DNA of 38,068 nucleotides from positions 1 to 38,068 of IMG/VR virus record IMGVR_UViG_3300032216_000445. One strand, given 5' to 3'. Origin of the DNA: a virus. Its lineage: Duplodnaviria > Caudoviricetes. A model generated the notes under the pieces. It ran no database searches. It saw only the letters and a list, made by a program, of their open reading frames with translations, and was not told the origin of the DNA. Of the stretch, positions 19,186-26,384 are shown piece after piece (position 1 is the stretch's first letter; the number at the start of each line of letters is the position of its first letter). The position numbers and the translations under genes are program-made.

Positions 19186-19833
19186 ATGGCACTAACCCTA
19201 AGCGAAACATCAAAGAACACGGAACGCAAGTTGCCCGAAGCCGGAGCAACAGTTGGCGTTCTTTACAGCCTAGTCGACCTCGGTCACCAGAAAACCAATT
19301 GGGACGGCCAGGAGAAATGGTCCCCCAAAGTTCGCCTGACATTCGAGCTTCCGGATCAAACGGATGAGTTCGAGGTTGAGGAGAAGGGCAAGCGCACCAA
19401 GATTAGCAAGCCGATGGTCGTATCCATCGAGCAGACCCGCAGCCTCGGAGAGAAAGCCAGCCTGCGGAAGTTGCTCGAACAATGGCGCGGTCAGACATTC
19501 ACGGCGGCAGAGCTAAAGGCATTCAGCTTAAAGAACCTTCTTGGCAAGCCAGCCATGCTGACGCTGATCCACAAGACCAGCCAGCAGGGGAGGCAGTACT
19601 GCGCCATTGCTGGAGCTTCCAAGCTTCCCAAGGGCATGACTGCTCCTGCCAAAACAACCAATGATCTCATGTACTACGAGATTGAGGAAAAGGAAGGCGG
19701 TCAGTTTAAGGACATGCCGGAATGGTTGCAGGATAAGATCCGTGCGTCAAAAGAATTTGGCGCAACTGAATCTTCCGCTGGTTCTGTTAAATTCGGAGAC
19801 AAGGACGGCAACGGCGAAAACGTTCCGTTCTAA
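19186..19833 (+). CDS. NGO0469-like replication/ssDNA-binding protein
   Basis: LVDLGHQ, SLGEKASLRKLLEQWRG, LLGKPAML, MPEWLQDKIR.S.EF and acidic VPF C-terminal tail; AAGGAG RBS. Confidence 0.7.
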   Translation: MALTLSETSKNTERKLPEAGATVGVLYSLVDLGHQKTNWDGQEKWSPKVRLTFELPDQTDEFEVEEKGKRTKISKPMVVSIEQTRSLGEKASLRKLLEQWRGQTFTAAELKAFSLKNLLGKPAMLTLIHKTSQQGRQYCAIAGASKLPKGMTAPAKTTNDLMYYEIEEKEGGQFKDMPEWLQDKIRASKEFGATESSAGSVKFGDKDGNGENVPF

Positions 19834-19838
19834 GTTAT

Positions 19839-20657
19839 ATGGCACTTACCATCACGAGTAAGGAGCCATCCAATACCCGTCTGGTCCACAGCGACCAGGC
19901 GGGTCATTGGTATACGGCTGAAGGTGAATCCGCCCATACGATCATGGGAAAGAATGGAAACTTCCGTAACACGACTGTGGCAGATGCCAGGAAGATGCTT
20001 CTGTACCCTAGTGTAACAAGCATTCTGTCTATTCTGGACAAGCCACAGCTTACGAATTGGAAGATCGAACAGGCAATCATGGCATGCTTGACGCTGCCAA
20101 AGGAGGAAAATGAAACACTCGAAGAATACGCAAAGCGAGTCGTTAAGGACTCAAAAGAATCGACAAGCAAGGCGGCGGAACACGGGACAAAAATGCATAC
20201 CGAAATGGAAAACATCCTACTCGGAAGACCTATATCAGGAGATGAAACACTTGCTCCATACATCGAAACATTTAAGAAGTGGGCCGATGCAAACGTTGAG
20301 AAAACCTACTGGTGCGAAAAGGGTCTTGTCGGCGCAGGCTATGCGGGAAGGTGTGATGCCTACATCAAGCTACGCAATGTGGGTGACGCTATCATCGACC
20401 TAAAGAACCGGAAGGTTAATCCAAAGTACGATCCGTTTTACGATACGGACTGCGCCCAACTTTGGGCATACCGGACTGCTTCAGAAAATCCACAATGCGC
20501 GTGTGTATCTGTTGTTTTGGCTTCAAATAATCCAAGCACATTGATGACGAAGGTTTGGGATGATGATGAGCTTTACCAGGCTGGCATAGCCTTCTGCGCC
20601 ATGCAGAAGGTTTGGTCATGGGTGAAGCAATACACTCCGCCAGGGATGAAATTATGA
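19839..20657 (+). CDS. PD-(D/E)XK exonuclease (Cas4-like phage family)
   Basis: PSVTSIL.ILDKP.L..W, GTKMH, YAGRCD, IIDLK, QLWAY motifs. Confidence 0.8.
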   Translation: MALTITSKEPSNTRLVHSDQAGHWYTAEGESAHTIMGKNGNFRNTTVADARKMLLYPSVTSILSILDKPQLTNWKIEQAIMACLTLPKEENETLEEYAKRVVKDSKESTSKAAEHGTKMHTEMENILLGRPISGDETLAPYIETFKKWADANVEKTYWCEKGLVGAGYAGRCDAYIKLRNVGDAIIDLKNRKVNPKYDPFYDTDCAQLWAYRTASENPQCACVSVVLASNNPSTLMTKVWDDDELYQAGIAFCAMQKVWSWVKQYTPPGMKL

Positions 20658-20767
20658 GTGAGGCATGGGACTTATTCATAAAAATTACTGACATGGTGCT
20701 TCGCCTATTGAATGCTGCCTTCTTCTTAATGATTGCATGGTTTACTATAAAGGGATGGAAGAAATGA
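20654..20767 (+). CDS. Small membrane protein, 37 aa (not in the ORF track)
   Basis: MSEAWDLFIKITDMVLRLLNAAFFLMIAWFTIKGWKK; ATGA overlaps at both ends. Confidence 0.6.
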   Translation: MSEAWDLFIKITDMVLRLLNAAFFLMIAWFTIKGWKK

Positions 20768-21060
20768 ACGCTCCAACGATCCAAGAGATGGGCAATGCCG
20801 CGCAGGAGATCGTGTGGCGCGTGATGGGCAAGGGGTCGGATAAGTCTGCCTACGGAGATTGGCTGGAGAAGGATCGTCCTACGCACGATTACCACATTGC
20901 CAGAGCGATCCGGCACCTTGCCACAGCGCAGATGCAACTTCACAAATCCACACCGTGTCCTGATAACAATGGCGAAACAAGTATTGACCACTTGGAGCGT
21001 GCGCTGGTAAGGTCGCTTTTCGTGTTAGCACAAATCAAAAAGGAGGTTCCGAGATTATGA
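20764..21060 (+). CDS. DUF5664-like dATP/dGTP diphosphohydrolase domain protein
   Basis: KGSDK.AYGDW, YHIARAIRHL, GET.IDHLERA motifs. Confidence 0.55.
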   Translation: MNAPTIQEMGNAAQEIVWRVMGKGSDKSAYGDWLEKDRPTHDYHIARAIRHLATAQMQLHKSTPCPDNNGETSIDHLERALVRSLFVLAQIKKEVPRL

Positions 21061-21239
21061 GATGGATTGTAAAAGAAATGGATGAAAATGGTAAGCCAGA
21101 ATGGTCGGTTTATCTAGACGAAGCTGGCTATGGGAACAAGGATGATTGGACACATTATGATACATACGAAACAAGAGATGAAGCAATTAGGGAGTCGTGG
21201 AATTACACCTGGGAAGACTACGACAAGAGGGACAAATGA
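21057..21239 (+). CDS. Hypothetical acidic protein
   Basis: 60 aa; AGGAGG RBS; ATGA overlaps. Confidence 0.65.
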   Translation: MRWIVKEMDENGKPEWSVYLDEAGYGNKDDWTHYDTYETRDEAIRESWNYTWEDYDKRDK

Positions 21240-21901
21240 AGCGCGCGCTAGTCACACAGGCGTTTGGAGATGATTGGAAGAAGGTTCTGGAACTTACCAG
21301 GCCCAGGATGGAAGCCTATTGTAAGCGGCACAAGATTGATTTCATTGCACTTGAAAAGCCTTTGATTGAGCCGGTCCAATACAGCAAGTCTGCGATTGGA
21401 AACATCATGGCAACCAAAGGATACGAGCAGGTCACGTTTGTAGATTGCGACATCCTTATTTCCAACGATTGCGATGACATGGGTGAAGACGTTGAGATGT
21501 TCAAGGCATTCGATGAGGGTGCATTCTTGGATCGCAAGTATGACATGGGTAAACTTGCGGGAGCATTCGGAGCCAGGATCGACCCTAGATTCTACGTCAA
21601 CACCGGAGTGTTTATCATATCGTCCAAGGCTGTTGGAGTATTGTCGATGCCTCCACTTGGACTGCTGCCGAACCACTTTGCCGAACAAACCTGGATGAAC
21701 ATTATGATCCACTTGTGGAATGTTCCGTTACAGGAACTTGATCCGGCTTACAATTGTATGACCAGCGTTGAGTCGCACTTTGGCCTGGATCGCTACAAGG
21801 ATGCGTACTGCATTCATTACGCTGGGCAGTCTGGAGATATGGTAAGGCTGATTGAGCAGATCAAGTCTGACGATGCCAAGTTTGTGGAACTAGGTCGATG
21901 A
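21236..21901 (+). CDS. GT-A fold glycosyltransferase (GT8/GT34-like)
   Basis: YCKRH, FVDCDILI (DxD), YVNTGVFI, EQTWMN, YNC and IHYAG motifs; start reassigned to ATG 21236. Confidence 0.8.
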   Translation: MKRALVTQAFGDDWKKVLELTRPRMEAYCKRHKIDFIALEKPLIEPVQYSKSAIGNIMATKGYEQVTFVDCDILISNDCDDMGEDVEMFKAFDEGAFLDRKYDMGKLAGAFGARIDPRFYVNTGVFIISSKAVGVLSMPPLGLLPNHFAEQTWMNIMIHLWNVPLQELDPAYNCMTSVESHFGLDRYKDAYCIHYAGQSGDMVRLIEQIKSDDAKFVELGR

Positions 21902-22122
21902 CAACTGTCAAGGTGGTACCAGAGTGTGGCAAGTGGCGCATACATACCACAGCCGGATACACGATTGGTCCACGCCTATGGGGGGCTGTACCCACAAACG
22001 GGCTACCTCCATTGACCGATATATTCGATACAAAGGAGGAAGCGCAGGACGCTGCCTACCTATGGAACGAGTATGCCAAATGGATTGAGCAGCATAAAAA
22101 GAAAACAAAGAGGAGATACTAA
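21898..22122 (+). CDS. Hypothetical protein
   Basis: 74 aa, coupled to both neighbours. Confidence 0.65.
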   Translation: MTTVKVVPECGKWRIHTTAGYTIGPRLWGAVPTNGLPPLTDIFDTKEEAQDAAYLWNEYAKWIEQHKKKTKRRY

Positions 22123-22436
22123 TGCGGTCAAGCCATCTTACCAAGGGATGTTACGATGAGAAGCTTCAGCAACTTGCCGGAGAAGTTGCCAAGCGAGCGA
22201 TTGATGATGTGAGATTACTGCAACGGCGCGGTGTGATTGATGGGATGAAGATCCTGCGCCGGAACCTGGGGAAGAGATTCTTCCTGGGTGATTGCGAGGA
22301 ATACAAAAACGTCCACCAGATCCAGAAGTTAATCCGAGACTTTAAGATCGGAGCGGTTGGATTCTGGTGCCGAGCATCAGGTGTTCCAATTGATAACAAG
22401 ACTCTGATTAGTCGGGTCTTCAAGGCTACAAAATGA
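22122..22436 (+). CDS. Hypothetical protein
   Basis: 104 aa; AGGAG RBS; TAATG coupling. Confidence 0.65.
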   Translation: MRSSHLTKGCYDEKLQQLAGEVAKRAIDDVRLLQRRGVIDGMKILRRNLGKRFFLGDCEEYKNVHQIQKLIRDFKIGAVGFWCRASGVPIDNKTLISRVFKATK

Positions 22437-22582
22437 TGTTGGTGGCAATTGCTGATTTTGCATGGGCAATATGCTGGATTGTTCTTTACATGTCATTCCT
22501 GGCATCTTTACTCGCCTTCCTATTTTTTGGTGCTTATGCATTGTTCTACTGGTTAAAAAGGGAGATTGATAATGGAAAATAA
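22433..22582 (+). CDS. Small membrane protein, 49 aa (not in the ORF track)
   Basis: MMLVAIADFAWAICWIVLYMSFLASLLAFLFFGAYALFYWLKREIDNGK; ATGA overlap. Confidence 0.6.
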   Translation: MMLVAIADFAWAICWIVLYMSFLASLLAFLFFGAYALFYWLKREIDNGK

Positions 22583-23138
22583 ATATGTTCAGAAGGTTCT
22601 TGGTGCGAGCGTGGATCGCTACGTTCTTACTCCTGCGCAATGCGTGATGCTTCGGGATGACGCACAGATCATCGGCATGAAGCGAGCCACAGTTATGAAG
22701 AAGGACGGTTCGGTTAAGAAGTCTTTTGCCAGGTCTTGCTCATCCTGTTGGATTCCAAACAGCCAGCATCACAAGTGGATTTACAATATCATGTCAGAAC
22801 TGACTGCTATGATTAATGCGGAGAACTGGAAGTTTGACATTACCGGACTGCAGCAGTTGCAGATCTTGAAGTACTCACCTCTCCAGCAGTTTTGGTGGCA
22901 TTTCGATTCGTATAATGGAAGCGAAAGAAAACTTACAGCAGTTGTCAACTTATCCGATCCTACCGAGTACTTGGGCGGCGGATTGCAAATTAAGGCCGAC
23001 ATCGACAACAAGCAGTTTATTCGGGAGCAGGGAGCCGGATGCTGGTTCCCGTCCTACCTGGAGCATCGCGCTCGCGCTCCGATATGGGGTACAAGGTGGG
23101 TGCTGGTTGGATGGTTTACAGGACCAGCATGGAGATGA
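22572..23138 (+). CDS. 2OG-Fe(II) oxygenase (PKHD/prolyl-4-hydroxylase-like)
   Basis: WHFD (HxD), RKLTAVVNLSDP.EY.GG.L, FPSYLEH, G.RW.LVGW..GP motifs. Confidence 0.85.
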   Translation: MENKYVQKVLGASVDRYVLTPAQCVMLRDDAQIIGMKRATVMKKDGSVKKSFARSCSSCWIPNSQHHKWIYNIMSELTAMINAENWKFDITGLQQLQILKYSPLQQFWWHFDSYNGSERKLTAVVNLSDPTEYLGGGLQIKADIDNKQFIREQGAGCWFPSYLEHRARAPIWGTRWVLVGWFTGPAWR

Positions 23139-23350
23139 TTCAACTCAAGCCGGAGCTATGGATGATGACCCCCAAAGGAGAGGGGCTTGCATTCTTGGTT
23201 ACGGATTACGGCATGGATCACAATAAGATTTTTACCGTATTGCTTAATAACGGGGAGATACTTGATTTTGATATTCGCGATTGTCGTAGATGTGAAAACC
23301 CAAGCTTCGGGGTAAAAGCACCGGATGTGCCAAATCCCTATTATAAATAA
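23135..23350 (+). CDS. Hypothetical protein
   Basis: MIQLKPELWMMTPKGEGLAFLVTDYG..; ATGA overlap with the oxygenase. Confidence 0.65.
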   Translation: MIQLKPELWMMTPKGEGLAFLVTDYGMDHNKIFTVLLNNGEILDFDIRDCRRCENPSFGVKAPDVPNPYYK

Positions 23351-23362
23351 GGAGAATAAACT

Positions 23363-23542
23363 ATGCCACTAGGTAAAGACGTATCGAAGAACATGCATGA
23401 ACTGGCGATGGACAACAAAAAAACTGGCAAGGCTCGCGGTGCAAATGGTGTTCCTCGCTCACACAAACAGATGGTTGCGATTTCACTTGCTGCTGCTGGT
23501 AAAAGTAAGTCGAAGAAGTTTCGCATGAAATCTGGAATGTGA
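23363..23542 (+). CDS. Small basic protein, 59 aa (not in the ORF track)
   Basis: TAAGGAG RBS; MPLGKDVSKNMHEL..KQMVAISLAAAGKSK motif seen in small basic phage proteins. Confidence 0.7.
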   Translation: MPLGKDVSKNMHELAMDNKKTGKARGANGVPRSHKQMVAISLAAAGKSKSKKFRMKSGM

Positions 23543-23721
23543 TGAACGTGGAGGCTAAAGAACGACTCAAGTGGTTACGCGACATTCTCCTCAATGCCAA
23601 GAACAGGCTGGCAGTAGAGAGGGATCGCGCAACTCACGGACGCGCGATTGATATTATTCAAATCATAGCTCTGGTTGATGCCGGAGCATTGGTAGCAAAG
23701 GAGTTAATAGAAAGTGAATGA
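23539..23721 (+). CDS. Hypothetical protein
   Basis: 60 aa helical ORF overlapping both neighbours. Confidence 0.6.
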   Translation: MMNVEAKERLKWLRDILLNAKNRLAVERDRATHGRAIDIIQIIALVDAGALVAKELIESE

Positions 23722-24940
23722 AAAAACACACCTCGATCTTTTCTCTGGAATCGGTGGCTTTGCCCTTGCCGCAAAGTGGAACGGATACAAAACAATTGGA
23801 TTCTGCGAGCAGGACAAATTCTGCCAAGCCATCCTCAAAAAGCATTGGCCGGAAGTCCCGATCATCGAAGACATCCGCCAAGTACGAGGCAACCTATATC
23901 CAAAAATCTCTCTTCTCACAGGAGGATTTCCATGCCAACCATTCAGCGTTGCCGGGGAGCGAAGAGGCAAGGATGATAACCGCTATCTCTGGCCGGAAAT
24001 GCTCCGAGTTATACGCGAAACAAAGCCCGATTGGATCATTGGTGAGAATGTTGCTGGAATCGTTAACATGGCACTCGACCAAGTGCATTCTGATTTGGAA
24101 ACAGAAGATTACGAAGTCGAAACGCTCATTATTCCAGCTTGCTCCGTTGACGCATCGCACAGGCGCGACAGATGCTGGATTGTGGCTCACTCCAAACACA
24201 ATGGACAGTCTTCCGGTGCGGAGCGAAGAGGCATTGAAGAAGCAGTACGAATCCAATCGCAAGGGTCGCACAACTCACTCAACTCTTCGGGAGCAAGTTT
24301 ACTATCAACCACCCAACATGATGTGGCGCACTCCTCACGCAAACAACTGGAAGAATGCTTCAACCTTGGAGGAAAGGCAGGGACACACTCTGAACCTACA
24401 GGATCAGATCAGGGCTTGTCCGGAGCCGAACATGTGGCCGACTCCATCAGCCTGTCCGAGGGGAGCGCACACCGGAGCCAAGAGCGGGAGCGTGTCGGAG
24501 GACGGGAAGACAAGGACATCGGCCAACGGTACGAAGTGGGGGGCAACCCTACAAACTGCGGTCAAGATGTGGCCGACCCCCAATCAATCGGACTACAAGG
24601 GAGCTGGAGTATCGGAAAAGCCGAGGGACAGGTTGGATTATGCGGTGGAGAGGGGGGAAACAAAGAACTCGAAGATGTGGCCTACTCCATCGGCAAACGA
24701 GGATGCGGCGGGAACTCCGAAGGGAAACATGCAAAAAATGTTGGTGAACCATCCGGACATTCGTGGAACAACTCCGGAGGAATGGCAACGTGGCTCCCTG
24801 AACCCAGCGTGGGTCGAGTGGCTCATGGGGTACCCAATAGGACACACAGACTTAAAGGATTGGGAAATGCCATCGTCCCGCAAGTCGCGGCGGAAATAAT
24901 CAGATGCATAAGCACGCTAGAAACTTACACCCAATCCTAA
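23714..24940 (+). CDS. DNA (cytosine-5)-methyltransferase, catalytic (alpha) polypeptide
   Basis: Motif I DLFSGIGG, IV GGFPCQPFS, VI ENV, VIII HRRDR, X LKGLGNAIVP; motif IX absent in this frame. Confidence 0.9.
   Translation: MNEKTHLDLFSGIGGFALAAKWNGYKTIGFCEQDKFCQAILKKHWPEVPIIEDIRQVRGNLYPKISLLTGGFPCQPFSVAGERRGKDDNRYLWPEMLRVIRETKPDWIIGENVAGIVNMALDQVHSDLETEDYEVETLIIPACSVDASHRRDRCWIVAHSKHNGQSSGAERRGIEEAVRIQSQGSHNSLNSSGASLLSTTQHDVAHSSRKQLEECFNLGGKAGTHSEPTGSDQGLSGAEHVADSISLSEGSAHRSQERERVGGREDKDIGQRYEVGGNPTNCGQDVADPQSIGLQGSWSIGKAEGQVGLCGGEGGNKELEDVAYSIGKRGCGGNSEGKHAKNVGEPSGHSWNNSGGMATWLPEPSVGRVAHGVPNRTHRLKGLGNAIVPQVAAEIIRCISTLETYTQS
23718..24899 (+). CDS. Overlapping +1-frame beta polypeptide of the C5-methyltransferase (WxTP repeats and motif IX)
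   Basis: 393 codons without a stop; ATG coupled (ATGA) to the upstream gene; five WxTP modules; C-terminal LNPAWVEWLMGYP resembles motif IX. Confidence 0.75.
   Translation: MKKHTSIFSLESVALPLPQSGTDTKQLDSASRTNSAKPSSKSIGRKSRSSKTSAKYEATYIQKSLFSQEDFHANHSALPGSEEARMITAISGRKCSELYAKQSPIGSLVRMLLESLTWHSTKCILIWKQKITKSKRSLFQLAPLTHRTGATDAGLWLTPNTMDSLPVRSEEALKKQYESNRKGRTTHSTLREQVYYQPPNMMWRTPHANNWKNASTLEERQGHTLNLQDQIRACPEPNMWPTPSACPRGAHTGAKSGSVSEDGKTRTSANGTKWGATLQTAVKMWPTPNQSDYKGAGVSEKPRDRLDYAVERGETKNSKMWPTPSANEDAAGTPKGNMQKMLVNHPDIRGTTPEEWQRGSLNPAWVEWLMGYPIGHTDLKDWEMPSSRKSRRK
24181..24783 (+). repeat. Five degenerate in-frame modules, each beginning TGTGGCnnACyCC
   Basis: Anchors at 24181, 24322, 24433, 24568, 24676; spacings 141/111/135/108 nt, all multiples of 3. 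Confidence 0.8.
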
Positions 24941-25194
24941 GCGTAATTCCTGATGATGATACGACAATCATCATGAACGGACTTGATGATGCCCTACTTG
25001 GAGCATCATTCTTGGATGATAGGTATCATGCAGTTTATTCTGTTGAATGGGTCATTAAATCACTCATGAAGACGAATAAATGGAACAAGGATGAGGCAAC
25101 TGATTTTGCGTATTACAACGTAATACAAAATATTCATTATGGACAAATGCCCATCTTCGTTGATACCATGCCAAACATAAGGAGAACTAAATGA
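24904..25194 (+). CDS. Hypothetical phage protein
   Basis: GLDDALLG..AVYS...EATDFAYYNV..P.FV motif common in small phage proteins. Confidence 0.7.
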   Translation: MHKHARNLHPILSVIPDDDTTIIMNGLDDALLGASFLDDRYHAVYSVEWVIKSLMKTNKWNKDEATDFAYYNVIQNIHYGQMPIFVDTMPNIRRTK

Positions 25195-26297
25195 AACTAT
25201 GGACAAATAACACAAATGCACTTCACAAGGTAGATGACAATCTACTTCACGTTCGCAATACATATCTTCTTCCGGATGAGTTAACCGGCGGGATGTGGTC
25301 GGATTCAATCCCATGCCCACACAAGATCAAACCATACTATAAGGGAAGGTCTTTGGGTGGTGCTACTGCCGTGTACCGCGCAGGAGCGATTGGAGATGCC
25401 GTGATTGCAACGGCGTTTGTAAACTACTTGGTGCAGGAGTCGGGTGGTGTGGTCGATGTTTATGCCCCCGCCAGAAACCTACCGCTTTATGCCGGACTAG
25501 GTGCAAAGCTCTATCCCCTGCCATGCACGCTTGAGGCTTGGGACAGCTATGATGCACACCTTCCTACCGATGACCTGTTCAGCGGTCAAGTCGGCGAGAC
25601 GAAGCTTGGGACGGGTGGTGGAAACTGTTACAAACGGATCTACGAGTGGATGGGCGTGTGGGATGAGAAGACGATGGCGAAGTATTGCAAGCCGATGCTT
25701 CACCTGATTGAACCAGACCATGAGGAGATTAAGGCGTTGGGCAAATGGCCTTTGCCTGAGAAGTATTTTGCCTATCACGTTTCGTCATCCGGCCCAACCA
25801 GAACCTATCCACCTCGGATGGGTCAGGACGCGGTGCTGGCGTTGCTGGAGGCGTATCCTGAACATCACGCAGTAATCATCGGGCTGGACAACAGCAACAA
25901 CTTTGCTGTCGATCATCCCCGCGTGATTGACTTGTTTAACACAACCAAGGCGATTAGGTCGCTATTCCCAATCGTTGCCAACGCAGACTTTGTGGTGGCT
26001 CCGGATAGTAGCGTCAACCATATCGCCGCGGGGCTGAATACACCCTGCGTGTCGTTGTGGGGATCGTATGATCCAATTGACAGAATGCAATTCTACCCTC
26101 TGAACGTGTCGGTGTTTAAGCCGGAAGTATGTCCACATGCCCCATGCAGGCCGCATGCAGGATTGCCCCAGGCCAAGTGCAAGGATGCGACAAACAAGAC
26201 GGCCAAGACTCAGATGTGGTGCAATGCGCTCCGCAACATTACGGCGGAGGATATTGTTGAGGCATCAAAGAAGGCGATTGAGCTAGAGATTAAATAA
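25191..26297 (+). CDS. GT-B fold glycosyltransferase, GT9 (heptosyltransferase)-like
   Basis: GAIGDAVIAT, ADFVVAPDSSVNHIAAGLNTPCVSLWG and Cys-rich C-terminus; TAAGGAG RBS. Confidence 0.85.
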   Translation: MKLWTNNTNALHKVDDNLLHVRNTYLLPDELTGGMWSDSIPCPHKIKPYYKGRSLGGATAVYRAGAIGDAVIATAFVNYLVQESGGVVDVYAPARNLPLYAGLGAKLYPLPCTLEAWDSYDAHLPTDDLFSGQVGETKLGTGGGNCYKRIYEWMGVWDEKTMAKYCKPMLHLIEPDHEEIKALGKWPLPEKYFAYHVSSSGPTRTYPPRMGQDAVLALLEAYPEHHAVIIGLDNSNNFAVDHPRVIDLFNTTKAIRSLFPIVANADFVVAPDSSVNHIAAGLNTPCVSLWGSYDPIDRMQFYPLNVSVFKPEVCPHAPCRPHAGLPQAKCKDATNKTAKTQMWCNALRNITAEDIVEASKKAIELEIK

Positions 26298-26300
26298 TAA

Positions 26301-26376
26301 ATCCGGCGAATGGTACGCAGGGAGATCCTGCGGCTGGTTCCTCCATGTGTGTCGACCACTTGAAACAAAGCCGGAT
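26301..26376 (+). ncRNA. Candidate structured intergenic RNA (three-way junction)
   Basis: Closing stem ATCCGGC/GCCGGAT; hairpin CGCAGG-gagat-CCTGCG; hairpin TGGTT..GACCA with a CCTCC loop. Confidence 0.4.
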
Positions 26377-26384
26377 GATTTAAC

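Noticed and set aside
19839-20657. Cas4-like nuclease as evidence of CRISPR-Cas
   Set aside because: Solo phage exonuclease in a recombination module; no array or other cas genes.
20764-21060. Z-genome (2-aminoadenine) pathway
   Set aside because: No PurZ, DatZ or dedicated polymerase recognised.
23718-23727. A6C run as a programmed -1 frameshift joining beta start to alpha frame
   Set aside because: The heptamer is not phased X_XXY_YYZ in the beta frame, and alpha has its own GTG with upstream GGAG. Not fully excluded.
24181-24783. MTase repeat array as CRISPR array or DGR
   Set aside because: Anchors are short and degenerate with long in-frame coding units; no cas operon, reverse transcriptase or adenine-specific TR/VR pair seen.
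26301-26376. tRNA or hammerhead ribozyme
   Set aside because: No T-loop/D-loop consensus or CCA end; hammerhead CUGANGA core absent.
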